This document shows positions 49,446-62,154 of a DNA stretch of 64,000 bases, piece after piece. Both the position numbers and the translations under genes were made by a program. Origin of the DNA: Mobula birostris (taxonomy: Eukaryota); NCBI RefSeq assembly GCF_030028105.1, contig NC_092379.1:22297309-22361308 (forward strand), in the 5' to 3' direction. The notes under the pieces were generated by a model. That model searched no databases. It was not told where the DNA came from and saw only the letters and a program-made list of their open reading frames with translations. How positions within the stretch are numbered: the first letter of the stretch is position 1; each line of letters opens with the position of its first letter.

Positions 49446-51186
49446 CAGTGCCTATAAAAAGTATTCAATACCACCCCCCCCCCCGGAAGTTTTCATGTTT
49501 TATTGTTTTACAACATTGAATCGCAGTGGACTTCTCGTATCAAAGTGAAAGCAAATTTCTACAGATTTGTCTAAATTCATCACAAATATTAAACACAAAA
49601 TGATTGTGATTAGAGAGAGTCCAGAGGAGGTTCACAAGGATGATTCCGGGAATGAAGGGATTAACATATGAAGAGCATTTGGCAACTTTGAACCTGTACT
49701 CACTGGAATTTAGAAGAATGTAGGGAGAATCTCATTAAAACCTACTGAATGTTGAAAGGACTAGATCAGGTGAATGTGGAAAGGATGTTTTCTGTGATGG
49801 GGGTGTCCAGAACTAGAGGGCTCAGCCTCAAAAATGAGGGGTGACACTTTAGAACAGAAGTAAGGAAGAATTTTTTAGCCAGAGAGTAGTGCAACTGTGG
49901 AATTCTTTGCCACAGATTGCAGTGGAGGCCAAGTCCGTGGGTATATTTAAAGGAAAAATTGATATTTTTCTGATTGGTCAGGACATCAAAGGATATGGCG
50001 AGAACGCAGTGTATGGGGTTGAGTGGGATCCGGGATCAGCCATGATGAAGTAGCAGAGCAGACTCAATGGGTTGAATGGCCTAATTCTGCCACAAATGAG
50101 AAAATCTGCGGATGCTGGATATCCAAGCAACAGACACAAAATGCTGAAGGAACTTAGCAGGCCAGGCAGCATCTATGGAAAAGAGAATGGTCAACATTTC
50201 AGGCCAAAACCCTTCAGCAGTACTGTAGAAAAGAAGCTGAGGAGTAGATTTAAATGGTTGGGGGAGGGAAGAGAGAAGCCAGCTGATAGGTGAAACTTAG
50301 AGGGGAAGGGATAAAGCAAAGAGCTAGGAAGTTGATTGGTGAAAGAGACAGAAGGCCTTGGAAGGGAGAAAGAGGTGGGGGAGGAGCACCAGAGGGAGGT
50401 GCTGGGCAGGCAAGGAGATAACATGAGAGAGAGAAAAGGGGATGGGAAATGGTGAAGTTGGGCGGGGGGTGGGCAGGCATTACCGGAAGTGTGAGAAATC
50501 GATATTCATGCCATCAGGTTGGAGGCTACCCAAACGGAATATAAGATGTTGTTCCTCCACCCTAAGTGTGACCTGCCTCATCACGACAGTAGAGGAGGCA
50601 TGGATGGACATATCGGAATGGGAATGGGAAGTGGAATTCAAATGGGTGACCAGTAGGAGATCCCGCTTGTTCTGGCAGTCAGAGCATAGATGCATGGCAA
50701 AACAGTCTCCCAATTTACGTCGGGTCTCACTGATATACAGGAAGCCACACCAGGAGTACTGAACACAGTATTTGACCCCAACAGACTTACAGGTGAGATG
50801 TCGCCTCACCTGGAAGGACTGTTTGGGGCCCTGAATGGTAGTGAGGGAGGAGGTGCAGGGGCAGGTGTAGCACTTGTTCCGCTTGCAAGTTTAAGAGCCA
50901 GGCGGGATGTGACCTATAAAACCAATTGGCTGCACCAGTGATGAATTGGTGTGTCATATTCAAGGGGGTGAATACTAATGCAATCAATTATTTTGTGTTT
51001 TATATTTGTAATTAATTTAGATTGATTTGTAGAGAGTCTGTTTTCGCTTTGACACGGAAGAGTCTTTTTCTGTTGATGTGTCAAAAAAGCCAAATTAAAT
51101 CGACTGTGAGTCAATGTTATACAACAACAAAACATGAAAACTTCCGGGGTGGGGGGTGCGGGGGTGAATACTTTTTATAGGCACTG
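49446..51186. mobile_element. Non-autonomous Tc1/mariner (IR-DR type) with nested CR1 (about 49607-50090) and Penelope (about 50092-50890) fragments
   Basis: TA|CAGTGCCTATAAAAAGTATTCA (49446) and TGAATACTTTTTATAGGCACTG|TA (ends 51186) form a perfect 22-bp TIR; long subterminal inverted similarity; inner repeat GGGGTGAATACT near 50965. Confidence 0.9.
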
Positions 51187-51189
51187 TAT

Positions 51190-52615
51190 GCCACCATGTA
51201 CAGCCCTGAGTTTCAGTATCTTGTGGGCATTCACAGTAAATTTTAGAAACACAATACAATCAATGAAAGACTGCTCCTAACAGAACAAACAACTAATATG
51301 AAAAAGACAAACTGTATAGATGCAAAAAATAAGAAAAAGAAAAGAAATAATAGTAAATGAATAAATTGATTGCTTGATTAACTTATAAGTAGATGAATGA
51401 ATGGATAAATAGACAGATAAATGGATGGATGGATAGATGGTTAGATAGATGAATGAATGAATGAGTAAGCAATCAAATAATAAATACTGAGAACAATAGA
51501 TGAAGAGTCCTTGAAAGTTAGTCCACAGGTTGTCAGAATGTTTTATTGATGGGACAAGTGAAGTTGATTGAAGTAATCCCTCTGGTTCAAGCGCCTGATG
51601 TTTGAAGGGTCATAACTGTTTCTGAACCTGAGGGTGTGGGTCCTGAGTCTCCTGTATCTCCTTCCTGATGGCAGCAGTGATTGGAGAGCATGGCCTGAGT
51701 AGTGGGGTCCTTGATGATTAATGCTGCTTTCCTGCGACAGCGCTCCATGTAGGTGTACTCGGTGTGGGGAAGATTTTACCTGTGACGAACTGGGCTATAT
51801 CCACCACTTTTTGTAGGCTTTTCCATTCAAGAGCTTTGGTAGTTCCATGATGCAACCAGTCAATATACTCTCCACCGCGCATCTAGTTTGTCAAAGTTGT
51901 GGATGACACGCCAGATCGAAGCAAACATCTAAGGAAGTGGAGGTGCTGCCGTCCTTTCTTCATAATGGCACTCAGTGCTGGACCCATGACAGACTCTATG
52001 AAATGATAACACTGAGAAACTTAATGTTGCTGACCCTATCAACTTCTGATTCGCCCAATGGACCTCCAAATTTCTCCACCTGAATTCAATAATCAACTTC
52101 TTGGTCGTGCTGACGTTGTGGCACCACTCAACCAGGTTTTCAGTCTCCCTCCTGATTCGTCACCTCCTTTGATTTGATCAACGACAGTGGTGTCGTCAAC
52201 AAACTTAAATATGGCATTGGAGCTGTGCTTAGCCTCACAGTCATAAGTATAAAGGGAGTAGAGCAGGGGGCTAAGCACACAGCCTTGTGGTGCACCTGTG
52301 CTGATGGAGATTGCGGAGATGTTGCTGCCAGTCTGAACTGACTGGGGTCTACAAGTGAGGAAATCAAGGATCCAATTGCACAAGGAGGTATTGAGGCCAA
52401 GGTCTTGAAGCTTATTGATTACTTTTGAGGTCATGATAGAATTGAATTCCAGGCTGTAGTCAATGAAGAGCATCTGGATGTATGTCTCTTCACTGTCCAG
52501 ATATTCCAGGGTTCAGTGAAGAGCCAACAAAATGGAATTTGATGTTGCTCTATTGACCTGTTGTGATGGTAGGCAAATGGGAGCGGATGCAAGTGGCTTC
52601 TCAGGCAGCAGATGA
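51190..52615 (-). mobile_element. Rex-Babar RT and 3' fragment with an internal tetranucleotide microsatellite (about 51370-51490)
   Basis: [37 protein letters not shown]. Confidence 0.85.
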
Positions 52616-52617
52616 TA

Positions 52618-53410
52618 CAGTGGTGCTAGAAAGTTTATGAACTCTCTAGAATTTTCTCTACTTCTGCATAAATATGATCTAAAATGTGATGATATTTTCT
52701 TGTAAGTCCTAACAGTAGATGAACAGACCCCAATTAAATAAATAACACAAAAAAACATTTATACTTGTTCATATATTTATTGAGAAAAATGATAAAATAT
52801 TACATGTATTTGTTGGAAACAGTTTGTGAACCTCTGGGTAATGCCTTCCACGAAGGCTATTTAGAGTCAGGTGTTCCAGTCAGTGAGATGAGATTGGAGG
52901 TGTGGGTTGCAGAGGTAAAAAGGATACACTAAGTCAGGTTACTGACAGTGTCTGCTCTTCTCAGGTAAGATCTGTTTATATGCACTATGCCTTGATCAAA
53001 ACAACTTTCAGAGGACCTTAGCAGTAGAATTGCAGAGATGCCTGGGGCTGGAAAAGGTGACAAAAGCATTTCTAAAGAACTGAGTGTTCGTCAGTCCACA
53101 GTAAGAGAAATGGTCTACAAGTGGAGAAAACTCAGTACGGTTGCTACTCTTCCTAGGAGTGGGCATCCTGCAAAGATCACACCAAGAGCACAACGTGCAA
53201 TGCTGAAGGTGGTGAAAAAGAACCCAAAGGTTACAGCAAAAGATTTGTAGAAGTCTCTAGAACTTGCTAAAATTTCTGTTCATGTGTCCACTATAAGAAA
53301 AACACTGAACAAGAATGGTGTTCATGGAAGGACACTACAGAGGAAACCACTACTTTCCAAAAAAAACATTGCTACACGTCACAAGTTTGCAAAAGACCGC
53401 CTGGGTGTTC
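52618..53410 (+). mobile_element. Tc1 transposon 5' half with a transposase pseudogene (52987 to about 53410)
   Basis: TA|CAGTGGTGCTAGAAAGTTT left TIR; MP*SKQLSEDL..GKGDKSISK..VYKWRKLSTVATLPRSGHPAKIT..RKPLLSKKN paired-like HTH region with stops; DDE domain absent. Confidence 0.9.
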
Positions 53411-53535
53411 TTTTGGCTAATTGGATCCAAAATTGGCTTTAAATAGGGAGGCAGAGGGTGGCAGAAGGAAGGATGCTTTTCCGACTAGAAATCTGTGATC
53501 ACGGTGCACCAGAAGTATTGCTGCTTGGTACCGCG

Positions 53536-53976
53536 TGTACCTAATAAAGTGGACACTGAGCGTATGTTCATGGTCTTCTGCTGGGGTAACCTATCTACTT
53601 CAAGATCCGATACATTGTGCATTCAGAGACATTCTTTTGCACACCACTGTTGTAACTGTTGCCTTCCTATCAACTTGAACCAGTCTGACCTGTTCAATGT
53701 CTTTTTGGGTTTTTTTTGCACCATTCTCTATAAACTCTAGAGACTGCTGTGTGTGAAAATCCCAGCAGACCAGCAGTTTCTGAGCTACTCAACCCTTCTG
53801 GCACCAACAATCATTCCACGGTCAAAGTCACTTGGATCACACTTCTTCCCCATTCTGATGTTTGGTCTGAACAACAACTTGCGTGCTTTTATGCATTGAT
53901 TTGCTGATACATGATTGGCTGATAAGATATTTGCATTAACAGGCAGGTGTACAGAATAAAGTGGCCTTTGAGTATA
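53536..53976 (-). mobile_element. Tc1 composite family copy
   Basis: TIR at 53955-53976, MGKKCDPSDFDRGMIVGARR, and a second same-orientation TIR at 53536-53564 after the GYSSRRP codons. Confidence 0.8.
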
Positions 53977-53979
53977 TGA

Positions 53980-54920
53980 CCTGACTAGGAATGTAGGAGG
54001 AATGATCAGTAACTTCATGGGATAACATACATTTGGTGGTGTTGTGGATAATGAGGAGGATTCCCTAAGGGTGCAGCAAAATATAGAGTAGATAGAAAGA
54101 TACATACAACATGGGCAGGTGGACTGTAGTCTCAACAAGTGTGAAAGATTATGGGGACCAGGCAGGAGAATGGGGTTGAGAGGGGAAATAACTCAGGCAT
54201 GAGCGAATGGCAGAGCAGACTCAATGGCTAAATGGCCTACTTCTGCTCCTATGTCTTATGGTCTATGGGCATAGAATTCAACTAAGGATAGGACATACAC
54301 AGTGGTAGCTAAAGGATGGGGGACACATGGATAGAATGGTGAAGAGGAGGTTTGCCTTTATAGATCGGAACATAGAGTATTAAAGCTAGGTGGTTATATT
54401 ACAACTTTGTAAATCATTGATTAGACCACACTTGGAGTATTGAAATCGCATCTGGTTTGACGCTACAGGAAATCTGGGGTTGAGCTGAAGAAGGAGTAAA
54501 AGAGATTCATCACGATGTTACCTGAACTGGAGGTCCTGAGCTTAATAGAGATATTGGATCAGGTGGGCTAGTTTTCCCTGCAGCAAAAGAAGCAGAGAGG
54601 TGACCTTGTACAGTTATATAGGATCAGAGAGGGGTAATTAGACAGAATCTTGTTCTAAGGTTAGGGACAGAGGCATAAAAATATGAAGGTTTTAAGATGA
54701 GGCGAAGGAGTTTTGAAGAGAATTTGAGGGGCAGTTCCTTTTTGTTTTGTACACAGACATCTGGAACTCACTGCCAGAGGAGGTGAGAAATTTTGACAGG
54801 CAGTTGAACAGACAAGGCACAGAGGATACGGGACTAGTGCAGGCAAGTGGGCTTAATGTTGTTGGGCAGGAAGACCAATATAGAGATGGTGGATCAAAGG
54901 ACAGTTTCTGTGCCGTATGG
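53980..54920 (+). mobile_element. CR1 fragments, decayed
   Basis: Two degenerate CR1 3' segments. Confidence 0.6.
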
Positions 54921-56399
54921 TTCTGCAGCATTTCATGTACGCCAAACAAGAGGTGGGAGTTTGAGATTGGGTATCTCAGGAGGTACTTGTCTTGGTCCCA
55001 CCAGGTTGAGCCACTGGGGACCTGGTTCTGTGGCAGATATACAAATGTGAAAAGGGTGCATTGAGGGGCCTCCAGTGAGAGATCACAAGACCAGATTTAG
55101 CCCAGGCCTCGCACTTCTGCTGGTTTTTAGAGTGGAAAACCCATTGCACTAAGCAGTTCCACCCTCTCGACCTCGGAAACCTGGATCCAGTGGTACGAAC
55201 AAGTGTCTCCCTTGGCTGCAGTGGGTGACTCCAGGGAGGTGGCATCGGATGCCAGGGCACGTCCCTATCTCACTGGGGTATGAGGCCACCGACTACCCTC
55301 ACCTGGTTTAGCCCACCTGTCCAAGCAGTGTGCTAGGGTGTGGCTACTGTTGCATGCAAACAGCTACTTGGAGCAAGGGGTGAGAGCTGAGTGTCCAGTG
55401 GAGACCAAAGGTGAGTGAGCCGCCTCAGAACGGACACGACAACCCCCTTCACCAGAGGTGCTACTCCTTCCTGGACACCCCATACACCCCAAGCACTCAC
55501 CTTTCTACTTGTTGGAAAAATGTCCGCGGGTTTATAAGCTTGAAGTTCCACCTGGATTGAGGCATTGGGGACCTGCCCTTGTGGCAGATGTACATGCAAA
55601 AAGTGTGTATTGAGAGACCGCGAGCTTGAAGTCACCAAACCTGATTTAAAGAGATTAGAGAAACGTGCACAAAATGCTAAAAGAACTCAGCAGGCCAGGC
55701 AACATCAAGAAAAAGAGTACAGTCAATGTTTTGGGCCAAAACCCTTCCTGTACTCTTTTCATATCCTTCTCCACATTAAAAGCAGAGGAGAAATATTCAG
55801 TTAATAACCTTGCCATTTTCCCGTTGCTCTGCACAGAAATGTCCACCTTGGTCTATGAAGGCCAAAATTGTCTCTCTCCAGCTACACCCTCCATTATTAT
55901 TCTTACAAAATCTCATTGCTTTCTCTGCTAAAGACATCTCAAACATCTTTTTTTGCCAAACTGATTTCTTTCCTGCATCCCCTATATATGTCCGGGTGTT
56001 CACTTGATCCCAGCTGCCTATATGTGACCCGTTTCTCCCTTTTCCTGACAAGATTATCAATGTCCCTCATCATCTAGCTTCTCTACTCTTGTCAGCCTTG
56101 AGCTTCTCTCCAATATGTAGACATTGAACTCTCAATATTTCACTTTCAAAAGCCTCCCACTTTCTAAATGTCCGTTTTGCCTGCAAACAACCTTCTCTAA
56201 TCAACTTTGATAAGTTCCTGTCTAGTGCAATAAATATTTCCCTTGCCCCAATTTAGTTCAACTTGTGAACCTGATCTGTCCTTTTTGTATAAACATAAAA
56301 CCTTGGTCATTTGTCCAAAGTGCCCACCCTCACTGTCACATCAGACACTTGTCCTGCCCTATTTCCCAAGAGTAGGTCAACCATTGTCCTTCCCCTCAT

Positions 56400-56896
56400 A
56401 GCATACATCTGTATACCTGCTCGTTAATGCAAGTACCTAATGAGCCAATCAGGTGGCAACAAGTCAATGCATAAAGGTATGCAGGCGTGGCCAAGAGGTT
56501 CAGTTGTTGTGCAGACCACACATCAGAATGGGGAAGAAACGTAATCTAAGTGATTCTAACCATGGAATGCTTGTTGGTGCCAGACAGGGTGGTTTGAGTA
56601 TCTCAGAAACTGTTGACATCCTGAGATTTTCATTCACTGCAGTCTCTACAGACTGCAGAGAATGGTGCAAAAATCAAAGAATAACATCCAGTAAGTGGAA
56701 GTTCTATGGAAGAAGATGCCTTGTTAATAAGAGGGGTCAGAGGAGAATGGCCAGAGTGGTTCAAGCTGACAAGAGGGCAAGAGTAACTTAAATAACCAGT
56801 CGTTACAACAATGATTTGCAAAAGAGTATCTCTGAATGTACAACACATCCAACATTGAAGTGGATTGGCTACAACAGCAGAAGACCACAAACATAC
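56400..56896 (+). mobile_element. Tc1 composite family copy
   Basis: MGKKRNLSDSNHGMLVGARQGGLSISETVDILRFS..RMARVVQADKRA; ends CAGAAGACCACAAACATACA at the shared junction. Confidence 0.8.
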
Positions 56897-56919
56897 AAGA
56901 CAAGCCTAAATGAGTGAGG

Positions 56920-58420
56920 AAACCTTTCTGAACACTTTTAAACTCCACCCCATCTCAGCCTTCATTACAATGAGATTCCCTGTCTATCTTAGGAAAGTTA
57001 AAATCCCCTACTATGACAGACCTATTCTTACAACTATTTGTAACCGCACTGCATATTTGTTCCTCTGATTCCCTTGAACTCTAAAAGGGTCAATAGTACA
57101 ATCCCAACAAGGAGACCATCCCCTGCTTGTTTTGTTGATCCACCTATGAAGCCTGACTGGATAGTGCCCTCGGTAATTTCATCTTGAGCTACTGCTGTCA
57201 CATTCTCCGTAATCAGAAATGCAACCACACCTTCTTTCCTCCACTTCCGTTCCAGCTGGAGCACCTGTACCCTGGAACATTTAGCTGCCATTTCCTGTCC
57301 CTCTATTAGCATTGTTCTGTAATGGTTATAATATCCCAGTATAATTGACTACCCATTGTCCTGAGTTCATCCACCTTATCTATCCGGCCTTTTGCATTGA
57401 TGTACATGTAATTTAATCCAACAGCCTTACCTTGCTCTCTGCCTACCACAGTTTGTCTAACTGGCATTGAATTCTGTCTCGATTTCTGGCAATCTATCTG
57501 CCTCTCTGCTACCCACCCTCCCTGGTAGCATAAACCAGGTTAATCGGCACCCCTCCAGTTCAGGTACAACCCGACCCTCTTATACATGTCACTTCTGTCC
57601 CTGAACAGACCCCAATAGTCCATAAGACTGAATCCCTGCTGCCTGCATCACATTTTCCACCATGCAGTCCTCTTCCGCATCATAAGACTGTAAGACCATA
57701 TCCTCCTTGTCTTATTCTCGTTAGCACATGGCACAGTGATTAATCCAGAGATTCCACCCTTGTCCTCTTCCCTGACTCCCTGATATTCACTCTGCCGGCT
57801 CTCATCCCTTTCTCTACCGATTGGTGTTGGAGCTAATGTGCAGCACCATTTTGGGTTGCTCACGCTCCCTGTTGAAAATGCTCTGCATGTAGGAGTCACC
57901 ATCCTGGGATCCATTTTATGACCACAGAGCCTCCCGTCTGTCTCCTCCCAACTACTGAGTCTCCTGTCAGTAAAAGCCCATCTTGCCCACAGTACACCCT
58001 GGTACCACAGCCTTGGCAGAATAGCCACTCACACCACAGTATCCAAAATGCTGTATTTGGTTTGCAAGTGCTTTCAAGAAGAGTAGCCACAGGATCAACC
58101 TGCATTATTGTCTCCACTCTCTATTTTTCCTGATGGCCACCCAACTACCTTCGGCCTGCATCTTATGTGAGACTACCTCACTGTCACTCTTATCTATGAT
58201 GCTCTCAGTATCGCAGTTTCTTAAGTGCATCCAGCTTCAGCTCCTTATTGCAGCCTACAAGCATTTTCTACAGGTGTAGTCCTCAGTGACACTGCGAGTC
58301 TCCACGGTCCCCCACATTCTGAAGAACAAGCATACCACTATCCTAACTGCTACCCTGGAGCTCCAAGAACAAATATTCAAGTTGTTAAACCTTGCCTGTG
58401 CTTACATTGATTCTTACCTC
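56920..58420 (-). mobile_element. CR1 endonuclease and ORF1 region, decayed
   Basis: RKWRKEGVVAFLITENVTAV resembles the CR1 APE GGGVA-L motif. Confidence 0.6.
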
Positions 58421-59879
58421 TGTTCAGCCTCTTTACTGATATGTCACAGCTAAAGCATCATCATTCTAGCTTCAAGCACCCCATTTGCAACTCAAGCAGA
58501 GCTCCTCTGCAGCCCGCCTCACTGTTATATCTGCAAAACCGAGTTTGAAACGATGCTGCTTCCTCCCTTCTGCTGCTAAAGCTGCTGGGTCTGTTCTCTT
58601 ATATCTTCAATTTGTAAATGGCAACATTTCAACATTTTATCTCCTTGCGCCCAAATTAATTATTGCTAAATATATTTTTTTTACCCCAGATTGAAATCCT
58701 TACTTCCCCAACATTTTTTCTAAATGTTGAGTTTGCTTCCCTTCCAATAGCAGAATCGATCTGAAGCCTGTGTGTGCCTGTTGACCATTTTACTGTTGGA
58801 CAACAAAGCCTTCATCTACTGCAATTCACACTGCCTGACACATACTTTCCCGCTAGTCTCCTACTCCCAGAGTTCCTGCATGTTCTGCTGTGTCCACACA
58901 GTCTGTTTGGGTGATCTTAACCTCATTCAGCAGCAACAATCTGTCATTGACAGAGTCAATCATGAGATAAATGATGTCACATAGGTGGGTCAGAACAAAT
59001 CCAGTCCACAACACTGTTCAAGGTAATTCTGACAACTGGTCAAACTACATCTCCTCATTGTGTCCACCTGTCAAAGCTCTTAACGTAAGCAACATTCAAA
59101 AACTATTCAAACAACTAAGAATTTAAAATAGATTGTGCAAACACATCTATAAACATGTGAAATTATTTGATGGAACTTGACGCTTCTCCTTTTCCAGTGA
59201 AATGAATTGAGAACCCATGCTTTCAAGTGCATTTTGCACCTTAAGTGGTTGGCAATTGCCACAATCTGCATTTCCTCACTGGGACTCTCTGAGCTGGTCG
59301 TTCAGTGAGAATATCACCTACATCTAATGACATTTTGAGATTTCTCCATCTGCCCAGGAATCTCATTGTCACTGTCGGTTGTGTTGGCCAACACTTCTCC
59401 ACAGAGTCTGGGCTAATGTATTTCCACAGTTCCTCTGTCCTTTCTGATGCACGTTACCATTCCCTCCTGGTTGGCCTGTAGTTTACCAAGACTCTCTGGA
59501 GTTGAAATTCTTCCTCTGGCACCTATGCTAAATGTGTTATGCAGTGACAACAGCATCATGCAGTCAGTACAAATATATTTCAGAAGCAAAGACAGCCATC
59601 ACTATATCACACACGTGGTGCTGGAGACAAGCTACAGATTTTTACACCAGTCCTCTAATCAACATCACATTCGAAGAAATTATAATTATTTGAATAAGGA
59701 TACTGCCAAATTCTTCCTTTTCCTGTATACTCCACTAAGTGGTGCCAACAGTCTTATCAGAATAAGGAATTGTATTTGGAGGAGAGACAAGGTATCACTT
59801 TGAAACTTTGACTGAAATCTGGCACATCCAACGTTAGGTCATTCCCTCTAGGGCACTGGGGTGCTGGCCTGTATAGTGT

Positions 59880-61295
59880 GCCCAAGCATCCACTATGGGA
59901 TTGATCCATTCCCTCCTATCTGAGTATTGAAGTGGTCAGAGCTTTGTTTAATGGGTGAATCATTTTGGAAGTTACTAGGAGAACAGCAATTCTGGATTGG
60001 CTGTTATGGAGTGATTAGGGAGTTTGAGGTGAAGGAACCCTTAGGAGACAGTGATCATAATATGATCGAATTCAAACTGCAGTTTGATAAGGAGAAACTA
60101 AAGTCAGATTTATCAGTATTACATCAGAGTAAAAAGAATTACAGAGGCATGAGTGAGGACCTGGTCAAAGTTGATTGGAAGGGGACACTAGCAGGAATGA
60201 TGGCAGAGGGCAATGGCTGGAGTTTCTGGGAGCTATTCAAAAGGTGCAGCAGAGATACATCCCAAAGATGAAGAAGGGAGGATGAGGCTGACAAGGGAAA
60301 TCAAAGACAGCATATAAAACAAAAGGGAGAGCATATAATAGAGCAAAGATTAGGGAGAAGTTAGAGGACTGGGAAGCTTTTAAAAGTCAACAGAAGGAAA
60401 CTAAAAAGCCATAAATAGAAAAAGATGAAATATAAAGGTAAGCTATCCAATAATATAAAAGAGGATACAATATGTTATTTTTAGATATATAAAGAGTAAA
60501 TGAGAGATGACAGTAGATATTGAACTGTTGGAAAATAGCATTGGACAGGTATTAATGGGGGACAAAGAAATGACAGACAAACTTATAAGTATTTTGCTTC
60601 AGTTTTCACTTTGGAAAACACTAGCAGAATGCCAGAAATGTGAGAGTGTCAGGGGGCAGAAGATGATATCAATGCAATTACTAACGAGAGGGTGTTGAGA
60701 AAGTTGACAAGTTTAAGGCAGATATCACCTCAACCTGACTACACTCCAGAGTTCTGAAAGTTGTAGCTGAAGAGATTGTGGAGGCGTTAGTAATAGCCTT
60801 TCAAGAATCAATAGATTCTGGATTTGTTCTGGAGGACTGAAAAATTGCAAATGTCACTCTGCTCTTTATGAAGGGAGGGAGGCAGAAAAAAGAAAATTAT
60901 AGGCTAATTAGCATGACTTCAGTGGTTGGAAGGACATTGAAGTCTATTATTAAGGATAAGTTTTCAGATTACTTGGAGGCACATGACAAAATAATCCAAA
61001 AGCAGCATGCTTTCCTTGAGGGGGAAATCATGTCTGACAGATAAGTTGGAATTATTTGAGGAAATAACAAGCTGGATAGACAAAGGAAAGTCTGCGGATG
61101 TTGTTTATTTGGATTTTCATAAGACCATTGACAAGATGCCACACATAAGGCTGCTTTAACAAGATAGGAGCGCATGGAGAGAACATTGGCTGATTGGCAG
61201 GAGCCAAAGATGGGGTTTGGAGGGATAATAAATCAGGCATGATGGAATGGTGGAGTTGAGTTGATGGCCTAATTCTGCTCCTATGTCTTATGGTC
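59880..61295 (+). mobile_element. CR1 fragments ending about 65 bp before the CH1 acceptor
   Basis: EPLGDSDHNMIEF endonuclease motif, RT remnants and the tail CTGCTCCTATGTCTTATGGTCT. Confidence 0.8.
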
Positions 61296-61359
61296 TCTGC
61301 TTTGACTGCCAGTAATACATTTATTTACAGAACCGTTTGTGAATTTCTTTCCATTTCAG

Positions 61360-61668
61360 AGGTCAAGTCCACACCATCAGTCTACATCACTGCTTCCTGG
61401 AATGCAAAAACTGACCAAGACATCAGCCTCCTCTGTCTGGTCAAGGACTATCAGCCCGAGAGCATCAGTCAGACATGGTCCACTAACAGTGGAGACATCA
61501 GCAATGGAATCAGGAAATACCCAGCAGTGTTGGGGCAAAATTCAAAGTACACGATGAGCAGCCTGCTCCGAGTCTCTGTGGCAGACTGGAAGAAGGACAA
61601 AGCCTACTACTGCAAGGCAGGGTACACGCCAAACGAGATTGTGACAGTGAAGATCCAGAAATCTCAGT
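61360..61668 (+). CDS. IgW: Ig heavy-chain constant exon CH1, IgW-like
   Basis: Acceptor TTTCTTTCCATTTCAG; phase 1 matches the J donor. C1-set domain EVKSTPSVYI..SLLCLVKDYQPESISQTW..KYPAVLGQNSKYTMSSLLRVSVADW..YYCKAGY; donor T|GTTAGT. The LLCLVKDY-P and YTMSSLLRV..YYCKAGY pattern matches elasmobranch IgW CH1 as I recall it, not IgM. Confidence 0.88.
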
Positions 61669-62154
61669 GTTAGTATGATCAGTTCTCTTTAAAGCTTCAT
61701 TGATGCCGGGAAATATATCTGCAATAGGAAACTTTGTCAAACAATGTAGGAACATGGCAAATAACCCTTTTGTTCATGTATTCTATTTCTGCTATACAAC
61801 GGTGATGCTGTTAAAAAACAAGGCAGAAAGAAACTGTGTGGAGTATGATTTATATATAAGGAGGTAAACTTGATCCTGAGGTCATTGTAATGAAGGGTGG
61901 ATGAAACAACTTGTGCTGATCTGCCTCACTTCTATCCACTCCTTTATCGTTTTTCAGAAGCTTCTCTACCACTCAACCCCTAAACAGTTCCCTCCAAATC
62001 AGCTTCCATGCAGAGAATCATACAAAGACCACTGGCCCATTGTGTCCCTGCAACTTCAAGCTTAACCCACCCCTCTCACACTTTCCCCTCCACCCGGTGG
62101 CTGTCACATCTCCAAATAAAGTCCAATCGCATTGTGAATGTGATGGAATAATCA

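Noticed and set aside
51370-51490. ATAG/ATGG/GAAT tetranucleotide run as a switch-like region in the J-C intron
   Set aside because: It is a microsatellite inside a LINE 3' UTR, short and not rich in AGCT or G-runs.
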